From positions 20,273-84,272 of the forward strand of contig VGBH01000002.1 of the NCBI GenBank assembly GCA_016870575.1: a DNA stretch of 64,000 bases. The letters run 5' to 3'. Source of the DNA: Actinomycetota bacterium (lineage in GTDB: Bacteria > Actinomycetota > Actinomycetes > S36-B12 > UBA5976). Shown here piece after piece: positions 30,884 through 41,183 of this stretch. Both the position numbers and the translations under genes were made by a program. The notes under the pieces were generated by a model, which saw only the letters and a list, made by a program, of their open reading frames with translations, made no database searches and was not told the origin of the DNA. How positions within the stretch are numbered: the first letter of the stretch is position 1; the number at the start of each line of letters is the position of its first letter.

Positions 30884-31842
30884 TGTTAAACAATGTATCG
30901 CAGTTGCCCCCTAGCTTAACTGACGTATCTAATACCAACGCTAACTTACGAGCTTTTTTGTATGGACTATCCGGCGTAGATCAAGTTGGAGCAGATGCAC
31001 GGGCAGCGATGCTGGCCACTCGGTCTATAAAGACTTCTGCAAAACTAAAAGCAATCGATTTAGCAATTAGCATGATTGACTTAACTACCCTTGAAGGTGC
31101 TGACACTGCTGGAAAAGTAAGAGCGTTGTGCGCAAAGGCACGAAGGCCAGATGCTAACGAGGCTTCAGTTCCACCAGTTGCTGCTGTTTGCGTTTATGGA
31201 GATCTTGCGAATATTGCGAAATCAGCACTAATTGATACCCAAATTAAGGTTGCTGCAGTTGCAACTGCCTTTCCATCTGGCCGGGCGAGCCTAAAAGTAA
31301 AACTGCTCGATACTCAAGAAGCGGTTGCCAATGGTGCAGATGAAATTGATATGGTGATTGATCGAGGTGCTTTCTTAGCAGGTCGATATCTGGATGTGTT
31401 TAATGAAATTGTGGCAATAAAGAACGTGTGTGGCTCTGCCCATTTGAAAGTGATTCTTGAAACAGGTGAACTGAAAACATATGACAATGTAAAACGTGCA
31501 TCTTGGCTTGCGATGCTTGCTGGTGCTGATTTCATTAAAACATCAACTGGAAAAGTACAGCCGGCAGCAACCCTTCCGGTTACCTTGGTCATGCTGCATG
31601 CAATCAGAGATTTTGATGCGCTAACCAACATGAGAATTGGGATGAAGCCTGCCGGTGGAATCAAAACCACGAAGGATGCAATTAAGTATTTAGTATTAGT
31701 TAATGAAACACTTGGAGAGCAATGGCTAACTCCAAAATGGTTCCGGTTAGGAGCTTCTAGTTTGCTAAATAATCTACTTATGCAGCGATACCGAATGCAA
31801 ACTGGTCGCTACTCTGGTGCCGATTATGTGACGTTGGATTAA
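30880..31842 (+). CDS. deoC: deoxyribose-phosphate aldolase (long actinobacterial form)
   Basis: 320 aa with GADEIDMVI, KVILETGEL and the Schiff-base region ADFIKTSTGK. Confidence 0.8.
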   Translation: MMLNNVSQLPPSLTDVSNTNANLRAFLYGLSGVDQVGADARAAMLATRSIKTSAKLKAIDLAISMIDLTTLEGADTAGKVRALCAKARRPDANEASVPPVAAVCVYGDLANIAKSALIDTQIKVAAVATAFPSGRASLKVKLLDTQEAVANGADEIDMVIDRGAFLAGRYLDVFNEIVAIKNVCGSAHLKVILETGELKTYDNVKRASWLAMLAGADFIKTSTGKVQPAATLPVTLVMLHAIRDFDALTNMRIGMKPAGGIKTTKDAIKYLVLVNETLGEQWLTPKWFRLGASSLLNNLLMQRYRMQTGRYSGADYVTLD

Positions 31843-31843
31843 A

Positions 31844-33286
31844 ATGAAATTTGAATATGCACCTGCACCAGAATCAACATCGATTGTAAACATTAAATCA
31901 AAGAACGACTTGTTTATTGATAATGAGTTTATTTCTAGTAAAAAAGGTTCACGCTTTATAACTATCAACCCTGCGACTGAAGAAGTGCTGGCTGAAATTA
32001 CCGCCGCGACGGATGATGATGTGGACTTAGCCGTTACTGCTGCCCGAAAAGCATTCAAGTCTTGGGCAAAGTTGGCAGGTGCTGAACGGGCTAAATATTT
32101 ATTCCGTATTGCTCGAATTATTCAAGATCGCGCACGCGAGATTGCAGTTTTAGAAACACTAAATAACGGAAAGCCAATTAGGGAATCTAGAGATGTGGAT
32201 ATTCCACTTGTGGCAGCACACTTTTTTCACTATGCCGGTTGGGCGGACAAGCTTGAGTACGCTGGTCTTGGTTCAAATCCAAAACCACACGGTGTAGTCG
32301 GACAAATTATTCCGTGGAATTTTCCAATGCTAATGCTTGCTTGGAAAATCGCGCCCGCTCTGGCTGCAGGCAACACGGTCGTACTTAAGCCAGCAGAAAC
32401 CACTTCACTTACGGCATTGTTGTTTGCTGAAATTTGTCAGCAGGCAGATTTACCGCCAGGAGTTGTAAACATTGTTACTGGTGCAGGTGATACAGGCAGA
32501 GCAATTGTTAATCATCCTGATGTCAACAAAATTGCTTTCACCGGTTCAACAGAAGTCGGTCGTTTTATTGCCCAAAGTATTGCAGGTACCAAAAAGAAGT
32601 TAACTTTGGAATTAGGTGGTAAGGCAGCAAATATTGTTTTTGATGATGCCCCGTTAGATCAAACAATTGAAGGTATCGTTAATGGAATTTTCTTTAATCA
32701 AGGCCATGTCTGTTGCGCTGGTTCAAGATTACTTGTTCAAGAATCAATTCATGATGAATTGCTTTCTTTGCTTTATCAACGGCTTGAGTTGTTGAGAGTT
32801 GGTGACCCGCTGGATAAAAATACTGATGTGGGTGCAATTAACTCTGCCGCCCAACTCGTAAAGATTCAAGAATTAGCAGCCAGTGGTGAGGCGGAAGGCG
32901 CAAATAGATGGAGCTCATCTTGTCAGTTACCTGCAAATGGTTTTTGGTTTCCGCCAACTGTATTTACTAATGTCTCGCAATCACACCGAATTGCACGAGA
33001 AGAAATTTTTGGCCCCGTTTTAAGTGTGCTCACTTTCCGCACGCCTGATGAAGCAATCGCTAAAGCAAACAACACCCCGTATGGGTTAAGCGCTGGAGTT
33101 TGGACTGAAAAAGGCAGTCGAATTTTAGAAGTGACCAGCAAACTTAAAGCAGGGGTAGTTTGGGCAAACACATTTAACAAATTTGATCCGACAAGCCCAT
33201 TTGGTGGCTACAAAGAATCGGGTTATGGCCGAGAGGGTGGCCGACAAGGTTTAACAGCATATTTGTTTGCGGGTGAAAATGAATAG
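31844..33286 (+). CDS. NAD(P)-dependent aldehyde dehydrogenase
   Basis: 480 aa with PWNFP, FTGSTEVG, ELGGKA, catalytic Cys in FFNQGHVCCAGSR, and EEIFGPV. Confidence 0.85.
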   Translation: MKFEYAPAPESTSIVNIKSKNDLFIDNEFISSKKGSRFITINPATEEVLAEITAATDDDVDLAVTAARKAFKSWAKLAGAERAKYLFRIARIIQDRAREIAVLETLNNGKPIRESRDVDIPLVAAHFFHYAGWADKLEYAGLGSNPKPHGVVGQIIPWNFPMLMLAWKIAPALAAGNTVVLKPAETTSLTALLFAEICQQADLPPGVVNIVTGAGDTGRAIVNHPDVNKIAFTGSTEVGRFIAQSIAGTKKKLTLELGGKAANIVFDDAPLDQTIEGIVNGIFFNQGHVCCAGSRLLVQESIHDELLSLLYQRLELLRVGDPLDKNTDVGAINSAAQLVKIQELAASGEAEGANRWSSSCQLPANGFWFPPTVFTNVSQSHRIAREEIFGPVLSVLTFRTPDEAIAKANNTPYGLSAGVWTEKGSRILEVTSKLKAGVVWANTFNKFDPTSPFGGYKESGYGREGGRQGLTAYLFAGENE

Positions 33287-34115
33287 TCCGATTGAAGTAA
33301 ATAGAACAGCAAAACTATTCATTAATGGTGCATTTCCTCGCTCAGAATCAGGACGTTCATTTCCAGTTGCTGATGCGAATGGAAAATTTATTGCAAATGT
33401 TGCAAATGCAACTAGAAAAGATGCACGCGATGCAGTTGTGGCAGCGGCTGCCGCTCAACCTAAGTGGGCTGGGGCAAGTGCATACAACCGCGGACAAATT
33501 GTTTATCGAATTGCAGAAATTCTGCAGGGTCGCAAAGCGCAGTTTATGGCAGAGCTCAACGATGCTGGTGTTAAGTCAGCTGAAAAGCAAGTTGATCAAG
33601 CCATTAATCAAATTATCTGGTACGCCGGCTGGAGTGACAAACTAGCTATGACCGTGGGATCTTCAAATCCCGTTGCTGGACCATTTTTTAATTTTTCTAA
33701 TCCTGAGCCAACTGGAGTTATTGCAATTGTAATTTCAGAAAAGCCACCTCTACTTTCACTTATAAATCAGTTATGTGCAGCGATAGTCAGTGGTAATACC
33801 GTAGTTGCACTTGCACCACAGTCTGCGCCACTTATATCGGTTTCTTTTGCTGAAGTGCTTGCAACATCGGATTTACCAGCGGGAGTAGTAAATCTACTAA
33901 CCTGCGATTCAGATGAAATTGCTTTTTGGCTTGCTTCACACCTAGAAGTAGATGGCATCGATTTGAGTGGAGTTTCCGACTCTGAACTAAAAACTAAATT
34001 GGAGTTTGAAGCAGCGATTAATTTAAAGAGAGTACTGCGCGACTTTGATGATGGTTATACGGCAATGCAGTCTTGGTTAGAGATTAAAACAGTCTGGCAC
34101 CCGCAAGGACTTTAG
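33279..34115 (+). CDS. aldehyde-dehydrogenase-like protein lacking the catalytic domain
   Basis: I prefer ATG 33279, an 8-nt overlap (ATGAATAG). At 278 aa it aligns by eye to the ALDH N-terminal cofactor-binding half (LFINGAF..., [20 protein letters not shown]). The ELGGK, catalytic-Cys and EEIFGP regions are absent. Confidence 0.6.
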   Translation: MNSPIEVNRTAKLFINGAFPRSESGRSFPVADANGKFIANVANATRKDARDAVVAAAAAQPKWAGASAYNRGQIVYRIAEILQGRKAQFMAELNDAGVKSAEKQVDQAINQIIWYAGWSDKLAMTVGSSNPVAGPFFNFSNPEPTGVIAIVISEKPPLLSLINQLCAAIVSGNTVVALAPQSAPLISVSFAEVLATSDLPAGVVNLLTCDSDEIAFWLASHLEVDGIDLSGVSDSELKTKLEFEAAINLKRVLRDFDDGYTAMQSWLEIKTVWHPQGL

Positions 34116-35200
34116 CTAAATTCAACTATTGCTTTCGCATATCCTGGCTTAACCACATCATTTATGATTGCAAGTCGCTGATCAAATGGAATAAATGCAC
34201 TTTTCATCCCATTAATAGTCAACCAACGTAGTTGCTCAATCGTGAATCCTGCTTGCGTATGAAGTAAGTACATTTCATTAGACATTGATGTTTGGGACAT
34301 TAATCGATTGTCTGTGTTTACAGTTGCCCGAAATCCTAATTTAGTCAATATCGTAATTGGATGCTCAGCAATACTTTTTGCAGCGCCAGTATGAACATTT
34401 GAAACCGGACAAAGTTCCAGCGGAACTCGCCGATCACGAACATAGTGAGCCAGTTCACCCAATTCGAATGTTCCATCAGGTAGTTTCTTAATGTCATCAA
34501 TAATTCTCACGCCATGACCTAATCGATCTGCACCACAAACTTGTACAGCTTCCCAAATTGACGGTAGACCAAATGCTTCACCGGCGTGTATTGTCATATG
34601 AAAATTCGCGCGATGTATTTCATCAAATGCATCTAAATGTCTTGATGGTGGATATCCTGCTTCTTTTCCGGCAATATCAAAACCAACCACGCCTCGATTT
34701 CGCCATCTGATTGCCAACTGAGCGATCTCAGTTGACCTTGCTGCTGTGCGCATCGCAGTAAGCAGTGTGCGCATCACGATTGGTTTACCTGCTGCCGCCA
34801 TATCTTTTTCACCACGCGCAAAACCTGTGACGACTGCAGAAACAATTTCATCTAATGACAAGCCTTTATGTTGATGCAACTCTGGTGCAAACCTAATCTC
34901 CGCATAAACCACGCCATCGTTCGCGTGATCAACGGCACATTCATATGCCACCCGTTCAATTGATTCAAAACTTTGCATTACACCAACAGTGTGTTGAAAA
35001 GTTTCCAGATAAGTCTCTAACGATCCAGAATCGCAAGCATCGTTTATCCACTTTGCAAATTTAACTGGATCATTTGTTGGCAGGTTCTGATATCCCTCTG
35101 AAACAGCAAGCTCAGCAACGGTTTGGGGCCTAAGTCCCCCGTCCAGATGGTCGTGTATTGCGGCTTTAGGCAGAATCTTGATTTGGTCGAAAGTAAGCAT
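34112..35200 (-). CDS. add: adenosine deaminase
   Basis: I prefer ATG 35200 ([25 protein letters not shown]). It also has HAGE and NTDN motifs. Confidence 0.85.
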   Translation of the reverse strand: MLTFDQIKILPKAAIHDHLDGGLRPQTVAELAVSEGYQNLPTNDPVKFAKWINDACDSGSLETYLETFQHTVGVMQSFESIERVAYECAVDHANDGVVYAEIRFAPELHQHKGLSLDEIVSAVVTGFARGEKDMAAAGKPIVMRTLLTAMRTAARSTEIAQLAIRWRNRGVVGFDIAGKEAGYPPSRHLDAFDEIHRANFHMTIHAGEAFGLPSIWEAVQVCGADRLGHGVRIIDDIKKLPDGTFELGELAHYVRDRRVPLELCPVSNVHTGAAKSIAEHPITILTKLGFRATVNTDNRLMSQTSMSNEMYLLHTQAGFTIEQLRWLTINGMKSAFIPFDQRLAIINDVVKPGYAKAIVEFS

Positions 35201-35356
35201 CTTGACCCTATTTAAGCCGATGAAACAAACTAGTAACAAGCCACCCACCCATTCAGCGCGCATCAGATAGGTTATTGGTTCTAGGCTCGCGCAAAACCGG
35301 GCGACCCAAGCCCTTCTTCTCTGGTTTCCAATCTACGAAATGTCCCAGGAGGACCC

Positions 35357-36793
35357 GTGCTGGAAAGCGTGTTTAAATTAAAAGAACGTGGCACAACTGT
35401 TGGAACTGAAGTACGAGGTGGCTTGGTCACGTTTTTAACAATGGCCTACATCATTGTGCTAAATCCATTGATTCTCGGATTCACACCCGACATCAATGGT
35501 GAGTTCTTAGCTGGAGGTGCAGCACCAAATCTGCCAATGATTGCAGCAGCTACTGCACTTGTTGCAGGTGTATTAACAATTCTGATGGGAGCAGCGGCTA
35601 ATTTCCCACTAGCTCTTGCAACTGGACTAGGAATTAACGCGTTTGTTGCTCGAATTGCAGCAAACTACATGTCTTGGTCAGAAGTAATGGGTCTTGTTGT
35701 TCTTGAAGGGCTCATCATTACGGTGCTGGTTTTAACTGGTTTCCGTGTTGCAGTTTTCAAAGCAATTCCACGTCAACTAAAGGTGGCAATATCAGTTGGT
35801 ATTGGATTGTTTATTGCACTAATTGGATTAGTTGATGCTGGGTTCGTCCGCTGGACTCAAGCCGCGGTACCACCACTTACGCTCGGTGTTGGCGACAAAT
35901 TAGTTGGCTGGCCAGTGCTGGTGTTCGTACTGGGTGTAATAACAATCTCAGCGCTGTATGCCCGAAAAGTTCGCGGTGCAATTTTGATCGGTGTAATTGG
36001 TGCAACTGTTTTGGCAGTAGTACTAGAAGCTGTCTACAAGATTGGTCCATCATTTGTTTCACCGGAAGAAACTAATCCAAGTGGCTGGGGTCTTAATGTT
36101 CCCGCAATTCCAGATTCATTTGTAGCAACACCTGATTTTGGCTTGCTCGGACAATTCGACCTGCTAGGCGGTTTTGCAACTGCTGGACTCTTAACAGCTG
36201 GGTTGCTGGTTTTCTCATTGCTCATCACCGATTTCTTTGACACGATGGGAACAATGACAGCGATAAGTGCTGAGGCTGGTTTAACCGATAGTAATGGCAA
36301 CATCCCAAGCGCTGATCGAATTCTTTTAGTTGACTCACTTGCAGCGGTTGCTGGAGGAGCAGCGGGTGTGTCCTCAAACACTTCTTATATTGAATCTGCG
36401 TCTGGAGTAGGTGAAGGAGCAAGGACTGGTCTGGCATCAGTAGTAACTGGAATTGCTTTCTTACTGTCAACTTTCCTATCCCCACTGGTAGCTCTTGTGC
36501 CATACGAAGCAGCAACTCCGGCGTTAATTGTGGTTGGATTCTTAATGATGACTCAGATTAAGGATATCGATTGGACAGATGTCACAATCGCACTTCCTGC
36601 ATTCTTAACCATCATATTGATGCCATTCACATATTCAATTGCAGTAGGAATTGGTGCAGGATTTGTTACTCATGTGATTCTAAAAACATTCACCGGAAAA
36701 GCAAAAGATATACATCCGATGATGTGGGTAGCAGCAGGCGCATTCTTTATTTTCTTTGCCAAGTATCCCATTGAGATTCTATTCGGAATCTAA
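35357..36793 (+). CDS. NCS2/AzgA-family purine (adenine/guanine/hypoxanthine) permease
   Basis: 478 aa with a GTG start following AGGAGG. It is polytopic. The N-terminus KERGTTVGTEVRGGLVTFLTMAYIIVLNP is typical of the PbuG/AzgA family. Confidence 0.8.
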   Translation: MLESVFKLKERGTTVGTEVRGGLVTFLTMAYIIVLNPLILGFTPDINGEFLAGGAAPNLPMIAAATALVAGVLTILMGAAANFPLALATGLGINAFVARIAANYMSWSEVMGLVVLEGLIITVLVLTGFRVAVFKAIPRQLKVAISVGIGLFIALIGLVDAGFVRWTQAAVPPLTLGVGDKLVGWPVLVFVLGVITISALYARKVRGAILIGVIGATVLAVVLEAVYKIGPSFVSPEETNPSGWGLNVPAIPDSFVATPDFGLLGQFDLLGGFATAGLLTAGLLVFSLLITDFFDTMGTMTAISAEAGLTDSNGNIPSADRILLVDSLAAVAGGAAGVSSNTSYIESASGVGEGARTGLASVVTGIAFLLSTFLSPLVALVPYEAATPALIVVGFLMMTQIKDIDWTDVTIALPAFLTIILMPFTYSIAVGIGAGFVTHVILKTFTGKAKDIHPMMWVAAGAFFIFFAKYPIEILFGI

Positions 36794-36800
36794 ATTACTA

Positions 36801-36842
36801 AAATAACTGGCGTAGCAGATATGTTACGCCAGTTATTTTTTT
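36801..36842. terminator. bidirectional intrinsic terminator between the permease gene and the convergent nucleoside operon
   Basis: A perfect 14-bp inverted repeat (AAATAACTGGCGTA at 36801-36814 and TACGCCAGTTATTT at 36825-36838) with a 10-nt loop, an A-run upstream and a T-run downstream. Confidence 0.8.
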
Positions 36843-37194
36843 ATTCTTCACGATTGACTAGTTGTGATGAAAAAGCGGGCATACAAATTGCAACATATTC
36901 AGTCTCCTCATCTAAGGTTGAATATCTAACTCGCTCACCAGCTTTTGTAACTATTGCTTCGCCACATTGCACAATAGTTATCTGATTTTCATATTCAACT
37001 TGAACTTTACCTCTAAGCACCAAAGTCACTTCATCGAATTCTGGTGTTTGAAAAGGTTCACTCCAATTCGCTGGAGCAACCATCTTTGCAACGGAGATGT
37101 TGGAATCAGCTGAATTTACTAAGCCAACAAATTCCAAAATTTCTTTTCCGCCCGGTACCTCGATAGCTGTTGGATGCTTAATTAGTTTTGGCAC
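36841..37194 (-). CDS. cupin-domain protein of unknown function
   Basis: 117 aa with a beta-rich cupin-like pattern (EVTLVLRGKVQVEYENQ...GEAIVTKAGERVRYS...EYVAICMPAF). It starts directly after the deoA stop. Confidence 0.55.
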   Translation of the reverse strand: MPKLIKHPTAIEVPGGKEILEFVGLVNSADSNISVAKMVAPANWSEPFQTPEFDEVTLVLRGKVQVEYENQITIVQCGEAIVTKAGERVRYSTLDEETEYVAICMPAFSSQLVNREE

Positions 37195-38484
37195 TTACTC
37201 CCCAATTCGATCTAATATCAAGTTTGGCTTAGCGACACTTTCACCTTGGGAAATAACTACTGAGCTTTCAAGCGCAGCGATTGCTGAATCAAATCTTGAT
37301 TCTTCATCAGTATGCAAGGTTAGAATTGGTTCACCTTTAGTGATTTTTTGACCTAATTCAATTGTCCAAGTAACTCCTGCTGCTGCTTGAACAGAATCTT
37401 CTTTGCGACTCCTGCCAGCACCTAAGCGCCAGGCAGCAATTCCAACTGATAGCGCATCAAACTTAGCTATCGTTCCTGAATCCGCCGCATAAATTTCATG
37501 AGTAAATTTCGCCGCTGGTAATGGTTTTGATAAATCGCCATTTTGAGCGGAAATCAACTGCTGCCATTTTGCCAGAGCTTTGCCATTTTCTAGATTTTCT
37601 TTTACATCAATCCCAGTAATCCCAACTAGTGCCAACATCTGAGTTGCGAGTTCAACAGTTAAATCAATAACATCCTGTGGTCCAGCACCATTTAAGACTT
37701 CAATTGCTTGTCTTACTTCAAGTGCGTTTCCAGCTGCTTTGCCCAAGGGTTGTTCCATATTGGTTAAAAGAGCCTTAGTTTTTACCCCAGCTGCATTGCC
37801 TATTTCGACCATTGTTTTAGCCAATGTTCGAGCTTGTTCAATTGTCTTCATAAACGCCCCAGATCCCACTTTTACATCCAGCACTAGTGCTGACGTTCCT
37901 TCAGCAATCTTTTTGCTCATTATTGAAGAAGCAATAAGTGGTATTGCTGGCACAGTTCCAGTTACATCGCGAAGCGCATAAAGTTTTTTATCTGCAGGGG
38001 CAAGCCCTGCACCTGCTGCACATATAACTGCACCAACCTGATGTAGCTGATTAAGCATCTGTTCATTAGTTAGATTTGCTTGCCAACCTGGAATAGCTTC
38101 AAGTTTGTCTAACGTGCCACCAGTGTGTCCAAGTCCCCGTCCGGAAAGTTGCGGAACTGCAGCTCCAAAAGATGCCACTAATGGGGCTAGCGGGAGCGTA
38201 ATCATGTCGCCAACACCACCTGTTGAATGTTTGTCAACAGTTGCAGGTGAAAGACTAGAAAAATCAAGTCGCTCGCCGCTGTTAATCATTGCTTGTGTCC
38301 AATCAACGATTTCTCTCATCGACATACCATTTAGTAAAATTGCCATTGCCATAGCTGACATCTGCTCATCAGCAACAACTCCACGAACATAAGCGTCAAT
38401 AATCCAATCAATTTCAACTTTACTAAGCTCACCAAAATCACGTTTGGTAGAAATTAAATCAATAGTAGAGAAGGGTTCAATCAT
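37195..38484 (-). CDS. deoA: thymidine/pyrimidine-nucleoside phosphorylase
   Basis: 429 aa with DKHSTGGVGD and SGRGLGHTGGTLDKLE motifs. Confidence 0.88.
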   Translation of the reverse strand: MIEPFSTIDLISTKRDFGELSKVEIDWIIDAYVRGVVADEQMSAMAMAILLNGMSMREIVDWTQAMINSGERLDFSSLSPATVDKHSTGGVGDMITLPLAPLVASFGAAVPQLSGRGLGHTGGTLDKLEAIPGWQANLTNEQMLNQLHQVGAVICAAGAGLAPADKKLYALRDVTGTVPAIPLIASSIMSKKIAEGTSALVLDVKVGSGAFMKTIEQARTLAKTMVEIGNAAGVKTKALLTNMEQPLGKAAGNALEVRQAIEVLNGAGPQDVIDLTVELATQMLALVGITGIDVKENLENGKALAKWQQLISAQNGDLSKPLPAAKFTHEIYAADSGTIAKFDALSVGIAAWRLGAGRSRKEDSVQAAAGVTWTIELGQKITKGEPILTLHTDEESRFDSAIAALESSVVISQGESVAKPNLILDRIGE

Positions 38485-38884
38485 GAACGGTACGTGTCAA
38501 TAGATCTTCGGGACCAAAAGCATCTGGTAGCAAAGTTGCAAATTGAATTGGCCCTTCGCTTGACATAATTTGCATAGTTTTTCCACCATGCTCCCATAGC
38601 AATTGTCGGCATCTACCACAAGGGGCAACTGGTTTGCCATCACTTGCAACCACCACAAGGGCTGCAAGTTTGCCTCCACCTTTACTTGCTAAATCACTTA
38701 CTAAGCTGCACTCAGCGCACAATCCCAAACCATATGATGCATTTTCAACATTGCAACCTTTTACTAACTTGCCATCAGTTGTTACAGCAGCTGCACCAAC
38801 TGGAAAGTTTGAGTATGGACAGTAAGAGAATTGCAGCATGTTTCTAGCTTCCGACCAAAGTAAATCCCAATTGATATCGCTCAT
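38477..38884 (-). CDS. cdd: cytidine deaminase
   Basis: 135 aa with zinc ligands CAECSLV ... PCGRCRQ. Confidence 0.88.
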   Translation of the reverse strand: MSDINWDLLWSEARNMLQFSYCPYSNFPVGAAAVTTDGKLVKGCNVENASYGLGLCAECSLVSDLASKGGGKLAALVVVASDGKPVAPCGRCRQLLWEHGGKTMQIMSSEGPIQFATLLPDAFGPEDLLTRTVHD

Positions 38885-40122
38885 TTGCTCTCCCCTTTGC
38901 GATAAGGAATGCCGTCAGCAGCAGGTGGACGTAACCGCTGGGAAGCAAAAGCCAGCACTAATAGCGTTGCTAGGTATGGGGCAACAAGCGCAATTTCTTT
39001 AGGTAAATTAGTAGTTACCAAGAACCAACTTATTAACGCAGCAGAAATGACTCCCAATGCAAACATTGTTTGATATTTCTTAGCTCGCAAAGCAAGAACA
39101 GCTAATACAAACAAAACTAAAGCACCCAGCAGTACAACTGCTCGCATTGCAGTTCCGTTTGCATCCCTAAGTTGTAAGGCATCTATGTAACCAAATACTG
39201 CAGCTCCCGCAGCCGTTCCACCAGGTCGCCAATTACCAAAAATCATTGTTGCTAAACCGATGAATCCACGTCCACCTGTTTGACCTTCCCGGTATACACC
39301 ACTTGATGCAATAGCAAGAAAAGCACCACCAAGCGCTGCCAACATACCGGAATTCAAAACCGCGATGTACTTATAAAAATAAACATTTACACCCAGTGAA
39401 TCAGCTGCGTGCGGATTTTCGCCTACTGAACGCAGTCGAAGACCAAATGGCGTTCGCCAAAGAATGTACCCAGAAGCAAAAAATAATCCAGCTGCAATTA
39501 CCGTAAGGATAGATAGTCGAAAAAACACACCAGATACAAATCCTGCAATTTCCGAAACAATGAAATAACCCTCTCGATGTAAATCAACTAATGGATCTGA
39601 AATAAAACTCCAGGTAAACGAGGGCAGTGCTTCTATTGACGGCGACTGTGTTGGTCCACCACCGGGTGCATCAGAAAATGCCACTTGAGCAAAGAATTGT
39701 GCAAAACCTAGACCAAGGATGTTCATCGCAGTGCCAGAAATAATTTGATCTACACCAAAAGTTATCGTGGCAACCGCAAAAATGGCAGCTCCTGCTAAAC
39801 CAAATAGCAGCGCACCTGCGAGGCCAGCCCAAGGACCATATTGCCAACCTAACCAACCAGCGCCAAATGTTCCTAAAATCATCATGCCCTCAAGGCCAAT
39901 GTTGACTACCCCGGCACGCTCAGCCCAAAGGCCACCCAAACCAGCAAGTCCAATTGGTACAGCTAAACCAAGCGCTGCAGAAATTGTTCCTCTGCTCGTT
40001 AAATCTAGAACATCAGCCCACATTCGAACTAGTGAAAGAGTTGCAAGCAAAGAAATCACGATAACAAGAATCTTTACTCTCTTTGAAGAGGTGCCTCGCC
40101 AGATTAAAATTGCAGCTGTCAT
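38881..40122 (-). CDS. nucleoside (BMP-type) ABC transporter permease
   Basis: 413-aa polytopic protein with ATGA overlaps on both sides, inside the BMP/ATPase/permease operon. Confidence 0.8.
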   Translation of the reverse strand: MTAAILIWRGTSSKRVKILVIVISLLATLSLVRMWADVLDLTSRGTISAALGLAVPIGLAGLGGLWAERAGVVNIGLEGMMILGTFGAGWLGWQYGPWAGLAGALLFGLAGAAIFAVATITFGVDQIISGTAMNILGLGFAQFFAQVAFSDAPGGGPTQSPSIEALPSFTWSFISDPLVDLHREGYFIVSEIAGFVSGVFFRLSILTVIAAGLFFASGYILWRTPFGLRLRSVGENPHAADSLGVNVYFYKYIAVLNSGMLAALGGAFLAIASSGVYREGQTGGRGFIGLATMIFGNWRPGGTAAGAAVFGYIDALQLRDANGTAMRAVVLLGALVLFVLAVLALRAKKYQTMFALGVISAALISWFLVTTNLPKEIALVAPYLATLLVLAFASQRLRPPAADGIPYRKGESK

Positions 40123-41183
40123 TGGTGACCTGCCATTCCAACAGCAGCCTGCTGACGTCTTACTTTAATTCTCCTAGTTACTTCATATGCGATAACTACG
40201 CTTAACACGATTACACCTTGCATAATCACAATAACTTCTCGAGGAACGCCAATGAGATCTAAAATCTGTGCGCTTACATCTAAAAATGCCCACAGCAGTG
40301 CACCAAATGCAATTCCAACTGGGTGATTTCTGCCAAGTAAAGCAATTGCAATTCCAGTAAAACCATAGTTACCTGGAAAATTAACGGTAAAGGTGTATTG
40401 CGCTCCAAGTAATAATGGTAAACCAACTAATCCTGCAACTGCGCCAGAGAGCAACATTGCATAAACGGTCATTCTCTTTACATTAACTCCACTGGCGACT
40501 GCTGCCGTTGGTGACATTCCAACAGCGCGTAAATCAAAACCAAATCTTGTTCTATTCAAGATATACCAATAGGCAAATCCGAGCGCAACAGCTAACAAAA
40601 TCATTCCATAAACTGGAATTGGTGCATTCCCTAATGTGATTTCAGGAATTCGATTTCCCTCTGGAATAATTGGTGTGCCAATCACATTTTCAGCTGTCTG
40701 CACGCCTAAAACGGATGGTGCCATTAAGTAGGCAATTAAACCAATTGCAATGAAATTCAACATAATGGTAGAAATAACTTCGCTTACACCACGAACGACC
40801 TTTAGCCAAGCAGCAATACCTGCCCAAGCTGCGCCAACCAGCATTGAAATAAAAATAATAATTGGAATACCGATGTACCCAGGAAATGTAATATATCCAG
40901 CTACTAAGGCAGCAACAGCAGTAGCAAGTCGATACTGACCATTAACGCCGATATTAAATAAATTCATTTTAAAACCAATAGCAACAGCAACAGCACTAAA
41001 GTAATAAGTAGTTGAACTATTTAAAATCAGCGCCATGCTACGTGGTGTAGTGGCATATTCAAACATTCGTAAAAATGTATCGAGCGGATTGGCACCAAAA
41101 GCCAAAAGAATGAATGAAGCAAAAACAATTGAGAATACAATCGCTACCACCGGAGCAATTAGGGTATCTAGCCGACGTAGCAT
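40119..41183 (-). CDS. nucleoside (BMP-type) ABC transporter permease
   Basis: 354-aa polytopic protein in the same operon. Confidence 0.8.
   Translation of the reverse strand: MLRRLDTLIAPVVAIVFSIVFASFILLAFGANPLDTFLRMFEYATTPRSMALILNSSTTYYFSAVAVAIGFKMNLFNIGVNGQYRLATAVAALVAGYITFPGYIGIPIIIFISMLVGAAWAGIAAWLKVVRGVSEVISTIMLNFIAIGLIAYLMAPSVLGVQTAENVIGTPIIPEGNRIPEITLGNAPIPVYGMILLAVALGFAYWYILNRTRFGFDLRAVGMSPTAAVASGVNVKRMTVYAMLLSGAVAGLVGLPLLLGAQYTFTVNFPGNYGFTGIAIALLGRNHPVGIAFGALLWAFLDVSAQILDLIGVPREVIVIMQGVIVLSVVIAYEVTRRIKVRRQQAAVGMAGHQ

Noticed and set aside
34112-35263. ORF-track start at 35263 for adenosine deaminase, which adds 21 hydrophobic residues.
   Set aside because: The internal ATG at 35200 gives the canonical N-terminus leading into the HDHLDGG metal-binding motif. 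The extension looks like read-through of the upstream spacer.
35201-35356. Possible purine riboswitch in the 156-bp spacer upstream of the purine permease gene, divergent from add.
   Set aside because: I could not find the conserved purine-riboswitch junction and loop sequences (UAUAAU..., UUUCUACC, CCGUAAAU...CGACUA). Only a weak ATTGG/CCAAT pairing and short GC hairpins are present. It may hold promoters or operators, but I have no supportable call.
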